The notes under the pieces: model-generated
What the model was told of the DNA's origin: nothing
The model's input: only the letters and a program-made list of their open reading frames with translations
Databases searched by the model: none
Source of the DNA: Candidatus Latescibacterota bacterium
GTDB taxonomy: Bacteria; Latescibacterota; UBA2968; GCA-2709665
Direction: 5' to 3'
Assembly: GCA_963662665.2 (NCBI GenBank)
Contig: CAXXJS010000061.1
Coordinates: forward strand, 205,840 to 269,839
DNA: 64,000 bases
Made by a program: the position numbers and the translations under genes
Shown here: piece after piece, positions 10,133 through 18,426 of the stretch
How positions within the stretch are numbered: the stretch's first letter is position 1
How the letters are laid out: the number at the start of each line of letters is the position of its first letter

Positions 10133-10154
10133 AAGCAAGGGGAGCGAGGCGCGT

Positions 10155-11090
10155 ATGTGCGGTATCGCGGGGATTATCCACCGTAACAAGACGGGTCGGA
10201 TTGGAAGCGAGATGACCATGATGCTTCAGGCAATGAAGCACCGGGGTCCGGATTCCACGGGTTTCGCGCTCTACGGCGAACCGTCGGCCGGCGTCCTGGC
10301 GATGCGATTCAAGGTGGCAGAGAAGGAGGACCTGGCGTCCGGCTTCCGGATCAGAGATCAGATCGTGGAACGCAGGGCGGAGGTGGATGAACGCATCGAG
10401 ACGCTGGGAGGCGAAATCCTCGCTTCGGAACAGCCAACGGAGTACGCGTTCCTGTATCGCGTGAAGTACGAAGGCGACCTGCGCCGGTTCGCGGACTTCA
10501 TTGAAGATGCGGAAGGCGTTGAGATCCTGTCTATCGGCAGTGCGCTGGAACTGGTGAAGGATCTGGGCGATGCGAATGAGGTGTGTGTGCAGTACGGGAC
10601 GGGTTCGTTTGTGGGCACACACGCCATCGGGCACGTCCGCATGGCCACGGAGTCAGACGTCGACATTCGATCCGCGCACCCCTACTGGGCGTATCCGTTT
10701 GGCGATATCTCCGTGGTGCACAACGGTCAGCTGACCAATTACTGGTCCATGCGGCGCGACCTCGAGCGTCGGGGACATCGGTTTGTTTCGGATTGCGATT
10801 CTGAACTGATCGCGGTCTATATCGCCGATAGCCTCGATCGTGAGGTTCCATTGGAAGAAGCGATGGTGCGGTCCGTGCGTGAACTGGATGGCGTATTCAC
10901 GTATCTTGTCGCAACAACGGATAGCCTGGGTATGGCCAAAGACACCATGGCGGCCAAACCCATGGTACTCTACGAAGGCAAAGACGAGACCTTGCTCGCC
11001 TCCGAAGAAGTCGCGATCCGGACCGTTCTGCCCCAGGAGATCGAGACGGTAGACCCCTACGCGGGAGAAGTGCGGGTATGGCAGAATTAG
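10155..11090 (+). CDS. glxB: class II glutamine amidotransferase, GlxB-like (copy 2)
   Basis: MCGIAG start, HRGPDS, GHVRMATES, HNGQLTNY, CDSE. Confidence 0.85.
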   Translation: MCGIAGIIHRNKTGRIGSEMTMMLQAMKHRGPDSTGFALYGEPSAGVLAMRFKVAEKEDLASGFRIRDQIVERRAEVDERIETLGGEILASEQPTEYAFLYRVKYEGDLRRFADFIEDAEGVEILSIGSALELVKDLGDANEVCVQYGTGSFVGTHAIGHVRMATESDVDIRSAHPYWAYPFGDISVVHNGQLTNYWSMRRDLERRGHRFVSDCDSELIAVYIADSLDREVPLEEAMVRSVRELDGVFTYLVATTDSLGMAKDTMAAKPMVLYEGKDETLLASEEVAIRTVLPQEIETVDPYAGEVRVWQN

Positions 11091-11935
11091 AAGCGGATGG
11101 AGAAAAGAACCACCGGTCCTACGCGATGGGGCTGCACGACGAGCCGCTTGCGAACCGGACGAACCGGGTTTTCTTTCCCGCCGGGTCCGGAACGGACTTC
11201 GTGTATCCTGGAAGTCTCAAAGTGGACTTCGACAGGCGCGCGGAGTTTGACGCGGCGCCGATGTCGATCCGGGAAGCGAATCGGAAGATCCGGAGTCTGA
11301 TGGAAGCGGGATACGGCCATATCGTGGTGCGGAACCCGAACGCCAAGCACTCGCTCGGTTCCGGCATACTGAACCGGCTGAAGCTGGACTTCGAGGGCTC
11401 GCTCGGTTATTTCGCCGTGGGACTCATAGACGGGCCCAACGTTAGGATCAATGGGCGCGTAGGCTGGTCTTGCGCTGAAAACATGATGGCGGGCACCGTG
11501 GTGGTGGATAAGAACGCCGGGTCTTCGTTTGGCGCGGCCTTGCGCGGTGGCGACCTCGTCTGCAGGGGTGACGTCGGCGGGCGGACCGGGATCAACATGA
11601 AGGGCGGGACGATCCTGGTGGCCGGACGAACCGGAATGCTCTCCGGATTCATGATGCAGCGCGGGCGGATGATCGTCCTGGGAGACGCGGACGAGAATCT
11701 CGGTGATTCGATGTACGACGGCACGATTTACGTCGGCGGGAGCATAAAGTCTCTGGGCGTGGACGCCGTGCGCGCGGAATTGACGGACGTCGAGGTCGAC
11801 TGGCTGGGTCTCAAGTTGGGGATGTACGGCCTCGAGGCCCCGGGCGGCGTCTGCAATTTGAAGAAGGTCGTTGCGGGCAGGCAACTCTGGAATTACGACA
11901 ACCTGGAACCTGCCGAAAAGAAGATGGTGCTCTGA
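11078..11935 (+). CDS. glxC: GXGXG-domain protein, GlxC-like with N-terminal extension (copy 2)
   Basis: GSLGYFAVG, GWSCAENMMAG, GDSMYDG, RQLWNY; about 50 extra N-terminal residues versus copy 1. Confidence 0.8.
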   Translation: MAELEADGEKNHRSYAMGLHDEPLANRTNRVFFPAGSGTDFVYPGSLKVDFDRRAEFDAAPMSIREANRKIRSLMEAGYGHIVVRNPNAKHSLGSGILNRLKLDFEGSLGYFAVGLIDGPNVRINGRVGWSCAENMMAGTVVVDKNAGSSFGAALRGGDLVCRGDVGGRTGINMKGGTILVAGRTGMLSGFMMQRGRMIVLGDADENLGDSMYDGTIYVGGSIKSLGVDAVRAELTDVEVDWLGLKLGMYGLEAPGGVCNLKKVVAGRQLWNYDNLEPAEKKMVL

Positions 11936-12003
11936 CAGACTCAACGGGCTTTTAACCCGGGAACCGGAACAGAACCCGGTTCCGGCGCTTCTGGAGAGAC
12001 AAT

Positions 12004-12996
12004 ATGGGCGATGTGTTATCCGTAGGAATGGTGGGCGCGGGCGGGATCGCGCATTCTCATATGCGCGCGATCGCGGAGGTTGAAAACATACGAACGGCGG
12101 CGGTGATGGATATCTACCCGGAACCCGCTGAGGCGGCCGCGGTCGAATACGGTGCCACGCCATACACCGACCTGGACGCGATGCTGGCAGATCCGAAGGT
12201 TGAAGCCGTCCACGTATGCACCCCCCACAACCGGCACGGCGCGCAGGTCGTGGCCGCCGCCGAAGCAGGTAAACACGTCCTGGTGGAGAAGCCGATGGCG
12301 CTTACCCTCGACGAGTGCGACCGGATGATCGCGGCCTGTGAAAAGGCCGATCGGGTTCTGATGGTCGGGCAGGTCATGCGCTATTACCCGGTCAGCCGAA
12401 GAGTGAAACAGCTCATCGCCGATGGCGTGATCGGTCAGGTGGGTCACCTGCTCAGACGCCGGTTGGGGAACTTCAATCCCACGCCGCCGCCGGGACAGGA
12501 TACCCACTGGTACCTGGATCTGGAAACTGGGGGCATCTGCGTGCTGTATTGTTTCGGACCGCACGAATACGATATCCTGCACTGGTATATGGATTCGCCC
12601 GTTGTCAGGGTTTTCGCCCAGGGAACGGAGAGTACGGATCGCTACCGCGGGCAGAAGGACTCCTATACGTCAGTCATGAACCACGCCAACGGCGCGGTCA
12701 GTGTGTTGTCTCAGTCCGTCGTCTGTCACGCCGGATCGCATGACCAGTACATCATGGGCAGCCTGGGATCGATGTCGTTCACCCATGGGCGATTGTCGCT
12801 CAACGGCCGGGAGGTGGACGTCGGCGAGCCGGGTAACGGGATGCAAAATCAGATTCGCGAGTTTGCCGATTGTTGTCTCGAGGGCAAGACGCCCGATGCC
12901 AGCGGCCGGTCCGTGCGGCACACAATGGCCGTGATCGAGGCGGCCAAACAGAGTGCGGAGCGGGACGAGGCGGTGCTTGTGTCGGAATTTGAATGA
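12004..12996 (+). CDS. Gfo/Idh/MocA family oxidoreductase
   Basis: GAGGIA Rossmann motif, AGKHVLVEKPMA. Confidence 0.9.
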   Translation: MGDVLSVGMVGAGGIAHSHMRAIAEVENIRTAAVMDIYPEPAEAAAVEYGATPYTDLDAMLADPKVEAVHVCTPHNRHGAQVVAAAEAGKHVLVEKPMALTLDECDRMIAACEKADRVLMVGQVMRYYPVSRRVKQLIADGVIGQVGHLLRRRLGNFNPTPPPGQDTHWYLDLETGGICVLYCFGPHEYDILHWYMDSPVVRVFAQGTESTDRYRGQKDSYTSVMNHANGAVSVLSQSVVCHAGSHDQYIMGSLGSMSFTHGRLSLNGREVDVGEPGNGMQNQIREFADCCLEGKTPDASGRSVRHTMAVIEAAKQSAERDEAVLVSEFE

Positions 12997-13023
12997 GAGA
13001 GCTTTCCGGGCCAGGACACCGGT

Positions 13024-14289
13024 ATGGACTTGAACACTGAGGTCGTGGACGCGGGCGTCGCGTTCATTCCCCGGAAGCTGAAAACGCCGCTCCACCTGAG
13101 TTCCGGGACGATTTCGGAGCTCACGGAAGCCCGCGCCGCGGTCACGGTACGCGTGGCCGGGCGCGAAGCTCAGGGCAGGGGTTCAATCTATCTCAGCGAC
13201 GTCTGGGCCTGGCCGGATCCCGCGCTGACGCACGCGTTTCGAGACGCGGCCCTGCGCGGCTTCTGCAGCGAACTCGCCACGAGCCTGTACGCACATTGCG
13301 GCGGCGAACCCGCGCACCCTCTGGTACTGGGGATGCGTCTGCACGGGTCGATCGCCGGTGAAACACCGCCGCCGGTCCTCGCGCGTGCGATGTGCGTCAG
13401 TCCGTTCGACGCCGCGATACACGACGCTGTGGGCATCGCCACCGGACGTTCCGCATTCCGCTTCTACACCGGGACCACACCGTTCCCCGAAGTGGACGGA
13501 TGCTTTCCCGGCGGCGGCGCGTGCGCGGCGATTCAGCGTCTGTTTCATACGCCCCGGTCCCGTCTGCGCGCCTGGTGGGTTGTGGGAAACGCCGACGACC
13601 TGGGGGCGGATCTCTCTCGCGTCATCGGAGAACGCGGGTACCGAGGCTTCAAGCTGAAGATTCAGGGAAAGGATAATGCCGCCGACGCAGCCAGGACCAT
13701 CGAGGTGTACCGCGCCCTCCGAGGGCACGGCGTTGACGACCCGGCGTTGACGGCGGACAGCAACGAAGCCAATCCGGATGCGGAAAGCGTACTTGACTAT
13801 CTGGAACGGCTCAGGGCCGAGGACAGCGGGGCTTTCCGGGCGCTCAGGTACATGGAACAGCCCACGGGCCGGGACATCCTGCTGCATCCGCAGGACTGGC
13901 GGGCGGTGAACAGGCTCAAGCCGGTCTTTCTGGACGAGGGTCTCACCAGCCTGGAATTGCTGCCGGAAGCGAAACGGCAGGGTTGGAGCGGTCTGGCCCT
14001 GAAGACCTGCAAGGGACACAGCTTTGCACTGCTTGCAGCCGCGTGGGCGCGCGAAAACGGGATGCGGCTTGCGCTTCAGGATCTGACCAATCCCGGGTTC
14101 GCGGCAATCCACGCCGCGCTGTTCGCGGCGCACGTGCCCATGGTTAACGGCGTGGAAATCAACTCCCCTCAATATACGCCGGATGCCAACGCCGAATGGC
14201 TGCCGCGGCTGGCGGGAATTTTCGAACCCGCGGACGGGATGCATCGAATAGACAATCCCGAAACCGTGGGGTTGGGTTCCACGCTCTGA
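13024..14289 (+). CDS. enolase superfamily (mandelate racemase/MLE-like) protein
   Basis: FKLK, DSNE, EQP and DE metal ligands; ALKTCKG. Confidence 0.8.
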   Translation: MDLNTEVVDAGVAFIPRKLKTPLHLSSGTISELTEARAAVTVRVAGREAQGRGSIYLSDVWAWPDPALTHAFRDAALRGFCSELATSLYAHCGGEPAHPLVLGMRLHGSIAGETPPPVLARAMCVSPFDAAIHDAVGIATGRSAFRFYTGTTPFPEVDGCFPGGGACAAIQRLFHTPRSRLRAWWVVGNADDLGADLSRVIGERGYRGFKLKIQGKDNAADAARTIEVYRALRGHGVDDPALTADSNEANPDAESVLDYLERLRAEDSGAFRALRYMEQPTGRDILLHPQDWRAVNRLKPVFLDEGLTSLELLPEAKRQGWSGLALKTCKGHSFALLAAAWARENGMRLALQDLTNPGFAAIHAALFAAHVPMVNGVEINSPQYTPDANAEWLPRLAGIFEPADGMHRIDNPETVGLGSTL

Positions 14290-14360
14290 CGGTTACGGGG
14301 CCCCGGATTGATGTGATCAGCCGGCAAAGAAGTATTCCGAATCGTCCAGGAGGGAAACCG

Positions 14361-15209
14361 ATGGATGCCGCATGTCTTGAGAATAGATTGACTGGCGAGG
14401 AGAAGTCGAAGTTCGAACGCGACGGCTTCCTGATCATTGAAGATGCAATTCCTCCCGAACGGGTCTCCGCGTTGACGCTTGTGGTCGACGGGTTGTACGA
14501 GACCTATCTTGCCGAGAACGGTCTGGGTTCTGGCGAACGCATGAACCTGACGGACTTCGTGGGGCGCGACGACGAGTTTCTGGCCTTGCTGGACTGGCCG
14601 GTCACGTTCTCCAAAGTATGGGGTATTCTCGGGTGGAATATCCAGCTTTACCACTCCCACCTGATCGTTACCCCGCCGGAACCGCCGGACAAACGCTCAT
14701 ATAGCGGACGCCTGGGCTGGCACCAGGACAGCGGTCGTCTGAATATGGAACTGGACGCCACGCCCCGGCCGCGGGTCTCGCTGAAGGTCGGCTATTTTCT
14801 GACGGATACCACCCGGCCGGATCGAGGGAATTTCCACATTGTCCCAGGCAGCCACCTCAAGAATCGGCTGGATCTACCGGACGACGGCGCGTCCGACCCT
14901 CCCGGAACGACGCCCGTGCTGGCTCCGGCGGGCTCGGCGGTGTTCTTCGATCGGCGGCTCTGGCACGCGGCCGGGAGGAATCACTCGGACGTGACGCGGA
15001 AAGTGCTGTTCTACGGTTACAGTTACCGGTGGCTCAGGCCGAGGGACAATATGACGGTGGCCCACTGCATGGGACGATGTGATCCGGTTCAGCGGCAGTT
15101 GCTCGGCGAAAGCACCGGAGGGATGGGGTATACGTCCCCCACCGACGCGGACGTGCCGCTCAAGGGTTGGATCCGGGAACACGCAGGGGAGGAAGCCGTC
15201 GCGCCGTAG
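14361..15209 (+). CDS. phytanoyl-CoA dioxygenase (PhyH) family protein
   Basis: F.RDGFL, WHQD, VPGSH, FDRRLWHAAG; AGGAGG RBS before ATG 14361. Confidence 0.88.
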   Translation: MDAACLENRLTGEEKSKFERDGFLIIEDAIPPERVSALTLVVDGLYETYLAENGLGSGERMNLTDFVGRDDEFLALLDWPVTFSKVWGILGWNIQLYHSHLIVTPPEPPDKRSYSGRLGWHQDSGRLNMELDATPRPRVSLKVGYFLTDTTRPDRGNFHIVPGSHLKNRLDLPDDGASDPPGTTPVLAPAGSAVFFDRRLWHAAGRNHSDVTRKVLFYGYSYRWLRPRDNMTVAHCMGRCDPVQRQLLGESTGGMGYTSPTDADVPLKGWIREHAGEEAVAP

Positions 15210-15257
15210 TGTATAGCCGCTCGGTATCGTCTTCCGAACGTGCTGGTATGGCATGGG

Positions 15258-15285
15258 CCCCGCCCGAAGCGAGCTTCGGGCGGGG
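15258..15285. repeat. strong intergenic GC hairpin
   Basis: CCCCGCCCGAAGC-GA-GCTTCGGGCGGGG perfect inverted repeat, no U-tract. Confidence 0.6.
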
Positions 15286-15314
15286 TTCGTAATCTGTGAA
15301 GGAGGAGATCGAAG

Positions 15315-16613
15315 ATGGATGGGGACCTCGCGATTCTTGGTGGCGAAAAGGCGATTACGGCCGATAGTGGAGAACAGTGGCGTCGACCCGTGGAGGCGGA
15401 AAAAGCCGCGGTTTGCGCCCTGATCGACGAGGGCTATCTCTCGGGGTCGGGATCGGGGGTTCCGAAGGAATTCGAAGAACGGTTCGCGGAGTACATCGGC
15501 TGTAAATACGTACTGACAACCAGCCACGGGCATACGGCCCTGGCCAGCGGATTCTTCGCCGCGGGTCTGGGTGCGGGCGATGAATTCATCACGCCTTCAG
15601 TCGGTTATATCGGCAGCTACGCGGGCGCGCTGCATATGGGCGCCACGCCCGTATTCTGCGAGGTCGAGCCGGAGACGCTGCTCATGGACCCGGACGACGC
15701 CGCGCGGCGGATTACGAACAGGACCCGCGTGATCTCGCCGATCCACTCCTGCGGCCGGGTGTGCGATATGGACCGCCTGCTGGCCCTGGCGGATGCCCAC
15801 GGACTCGTGGTCGTGGAGGACGCGGCTCACGCGCACGGCAGCGAGTGGGACGGCGTGAAAATCGGCAACCTGGGGCATATCGCGTGCTTCAGCATGCAGG
15901 GCTCCATGCCCGGGGGGAAGCCGGTAGCAGGCGGCGAGGCCGGCATTGTGGCGACGAACGACCGCGAGTTGTACGAACGTGCGTTAATCTACTGCCACCT
16001 GCACCGCCCGGGCGCGGTGCAGGAGCTCACCAATCCGGTCTACCGCGAATTGGATCCCCAGCTCCTCGGATGGAAATGGCGGCCGCATCCGCTGGCTATG
16101 GCAATCGGCCTGGTCTCCCTGGAGCACCTGCCCGAACGGCTGGACCGGTTCGAAGCCAACAGGGAGGCCCTGTTTCGGAAAATCGAGGGACTGCCGGGAA
16201 TCCGGCCGGTCTGCAACTACAGGAAAGCCAGGGGCGTGGAACTCTACGGCGGGATCAAGTTCATCTTCGAGCCGGAAGCGCTGGGCGGATTGCCCGCGCC
16301 CCGGTTCGTGGCGGCCATGCGGGCCGAAGGCGCGCCACTGAACGGCCCGGGCGTGGGACACATGGAACATCTTCGGTCCATCTACACAAAGGATCTTCCC
16401 GGGCTATGGGGAGCGGGTCACAACGGACCGGCGAATGTGCCTCTGCCCCGCTATCGCGAGGGAGATTTCCCGGTTTCGGAAGCAATCCGGGGGCGCGTGT
16501 TGTCCTATCCGGGGCATATCCAGGCCGCGGACGGGTTCGTCGATCAGTTCGCGGCGGCGTTCAGGAAGGTTGTCCTTCAACATCACAAGCTTCTTCAGGA
16601 GGGAGTCGGTTGA
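15315..16613 (+). CDS. DegT/DnrJ/EryC1/StrS PLP-dependent aminotransferase
   Basis: EDAAHAHG, FSMQG...KPVAGGEAG (PLP Lys). Confidence 0.88.
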   Translation: MDGDLAILGGEKAITADSGEQWRRPVEAEKAAVCALIDEGYLSGSGSGVPKEFEERFAEYIGCKYVLTTSHGHTALASGFFAAGLGAGDEFITPSVGYIGSYAGALHMGATPVFCEVEPETLLMDPDDAARRITNRTRVISPIHSCGRVCDMDRLLALADAHGLVVVEDAAHAHGSEWDGVKIGNLGHIACFSMQGSMPGGKPVAGGEAGIVATNDRELYERALIYCHLHRPGAVQELTNPVYRELDPQLLGWKWRPHPLAMAIGLVSLEHLPERLDRFEANREALFRKIEGLPGIRPVCNYRKARGVELYGGIKFIFEPEALGGLPAPRFVAAMRAEGAPLNGPGVGHMEHLRSIYTKDLPGLWGAGHNGPANVPLPRYREGDFPVSEAIRGRVLSYPGHIQAADGFVDQFAAAFRKVVLQHHKLLQEGVG

Positions 16614-17389
16614 CGGAAACCGCCGTATTTCGATCTCCGCTGGAGGTGCGGCTCGCGTGCCGGCGGAATGCGCTGAAGACCGTGGCGTCGCGCGCGCTGT
16701 CGGGGTACCTGTGCGTGAATGTGGTCATGATGGACAAGGCGTACGCCGCGGAGTTTGAGGGATTCTGCAGGGCGAACCCGAAGCCGTGTCCGCTGCTGGC
16801 CGTGATGCCCGCGGGCCGGACCGACTGTCCCGATTTTGCGCGCGGGCTCGACATTCGCACCGACCTGGGTTCGTACGGCGTGATCCGGGAGGGCGTGGTG
16901 GTGGAGCAGCGGCGGGACGTGGTTTCCCTTTTCTCAGGTGGCATGGTGACGTTTCTGATCGGTTCCAGCGTGTCCTTCGACGGGCTCCTCGTCGAAAAGG
17001 GGTATAAACCCTCATTCGGACCGTGCATTCAACTGACCGACCTGGACTGCGAACCGATGGGAAGGTTCAGGAGCAAAATGGCGGTGACGATGCGGAGCTT
17101 TCTTCCGGACCGTTGCGACGCCGTCTGGGAATACACAAGCCATTTTCCGGCGTGCCATGGGGCGCCTCTTGGCAGGAATAACGGCCGGGAACTGGGAATT
17201 CCGGACCTCGATGCGACGATTTCAGGGAATCCGATCGAGGTTCCAAAAGGCACCGACCGTCTCTACTGGGCCTGTGGCGTGACGCCCAGCCTGGCGGCAC
17301 AGCAGGCCCGGCTTCCGCTCGCGCTGTCCTACACGCCCGGCCACGCGATGATCACTGATATTCCGACTGAAAGTCTGTATAAACCCTGA
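16610..17389 (+). CDS. DUF1445 / D-glutamate cyclase family putative hydro-lyase
   Basis: FCRANPKPCPLL, DIRTDL, HGAPL, YWACGVTP, PGHAMITD; TTG start overlapping the upstream stop. Confidence 0.82.
   Translation: MTETAVFRSPLEVRLACRRNALKTVASRALSGYLCVNVVMMDKAYAAEFEGFCRANPKPCPLLAVMPAGRTDCPDFARGLDIRTDLGSYGVIREGVVVEQRRDVVSLFSGGMVTFLIGSSVSFDGLLVEKGYKPSFGPCIQLTDLDCEPMGRFRSKMAVTMRSFLPDRCDAVWEYTSHFPACHGAPLGRNNGRELGIPDLDATISGNPIEVPKGTDRLYWACGVTPSLAAQQARLPLALSYTPGHAMITDIPTESLYKP
17295..17381 (+). repeat. 87-bp direct repeat, left copy (3' end of DUF1445 gene)
   Basis: Matches 22056-22142 at 85/87 positions by manual alignment. Confidence 0.9.
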
Positions 17390-17444
17390 GACGAATCGTG
17401 TCGCTCAACACCGCTGTGTGCCGGACGACGAGTAGGGGGGCGGG

Positions 17445-17615
17445 ATGGGAACGGTGATGACCGTTCGAGGCGAGATCGACGGTGAAGACCTGGGCATCGT
17501 GGATTACCACGAACACCTCTATTTCGACGCCCCGGACTGGCTGCTAAGAGAAGATGGGGATTTCCGGCTGAACTGCGTGGAGCGGTCCGCCGAGGAACTT
17601 CGGTCCTGGGCGCGC
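17445..17615 (+). pseudogene. 5' fragment (57 codons) of a phosphotriesterase-related gene
   Basis: MGTVMTVRGEI...DYHEHLYFDAPDW...ELRSWAR parallels the N-terminus of the intact gene at 23136, then similarity stops. Confidence 0.88.
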
Positions 17616-17811
17616 GGCCGGCACAGACGGCATCGCGGCGCATGCCGGCCGTTGCCTTCGATCCGCCGCAGCGACCAGCCGAGGCGTCCCGGGACCAGGA
17701 CCTGATGCACACGGTGCGCGCCAGCTCCATCCGGCTCGCGCTCACAACCTACCGAAGAGGGAGTGTCCGTTGCCATGAACGAGGGGCGAGGATCCGGCGC
17801 CAAAAAGGGCC

Positions 17812-17839
17812 TTGACAATAACTGATAATCGGTTATCAT
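17812..17839 (+). promoter_or_regulatory. sigma-70 promoter overlapped by a Fur/Zur-type palindromic operator
   Basis: TTGACA (17812)-16 bp-TATCAT; operator TGATAATCGGTTATCA (17823-17838). Confidence 0.75.
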
Positions 17840-17845
17840 TTATCT

Positions 17846-18214
17846 ATGCAGAGAGCGAAACAGCAGTTGACAGTCTTGCAAGCCCTTGGCGCGGCGGACG
17901 GCCCCCTGTCCGCCAGGGAACTGTGGAGCCGCCTGAGCGGAACGGGTATCGGTCTCGCCACGGTATACCGCGCCCTCCAGCGGGGGGTTGACGAAGGCAC
18001 GCTGGAGTCGGTCGAGGTGTTGGGCGGCGGCGTTCGGTACGAACCCAAGGACCGCGAGCACCACCATCACTTTCTTTGCTCGATTTGCGACCACGCGTTC
18101 GACCTCTTCGGTTGCGTCGAGGGCCTCGAGTCCCTGGTTCCAGACGGGTTTCAGGTGACGGGGCACGAGGTGGTGTTGCTCGGAACCTGTGATGCGTGTG
18201 GCAATGCGGCATAA
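17846..18214 (+). CDS. Fur family transcriptional regulator (probably Zur)
   Basis: IGLATVYRAL, HHHHFLCSIC and GTCDAC motifs; heads a zinc-related operon. Confidence 0.88.
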   Translation: MQRAKQQLTVLQALGAADGPLSARELWSRLSGTGIGLATVYRALQRGVDEGTLESVEVLGGGVRYEPKDREHHHHFLCSICDHAFDLFGCVEGLESLVPDGFQVTGHEVVLLGTCDACGNAA

Positions 18215-18426
18215 CGGTCACGGTCACCGAGCTGGCTTGTCTCGAAGAAGGCTGCGCCCCCGTCGAAACCGCGATTGGCGTGCTTCGGCCCGATGCGCCA
18301 CAGCTTCAGTGCAAACTGCACAAACCCATGGACGCCGTTGACGCCGAGGTCCTGGTCCAGGCTTGCGCGGCGTGGGGATTCGACGTAGCGATTCCGGTGA
18401 TTGCACCGCTACTCCAGGAGGAATAG
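18196..18426 (+). CDS. small Cys-containing hypothetical protein (C-x3-GC-x-P-x-ET motif); possibly 5'-truncated
   Basis: VTELACLEEGCAPVET...HKP; stop abuts the COG0523 start; start codon uncertain. Confidence 0.55.
   Translation: MWQCGITVTVTELACLEEGCAPVETAIGVLRPDAPQLQCKLHKPMDAVDAEVLVQACAAWGFDVAIPVIAPLLQEE

Noticed and set aside
15761-16609. N-terminal extension of the DUF1445 ORF
   Set aside because: Overlaps the DegT gene in another frame with Arg/Gly/Pro-rich non-protein-like composition
17616-17705. Tail of the 86-aa ORF starting at 17445 as a real protein
   Set aside because: Read-through past the truncation junction into unrelated islet DNA
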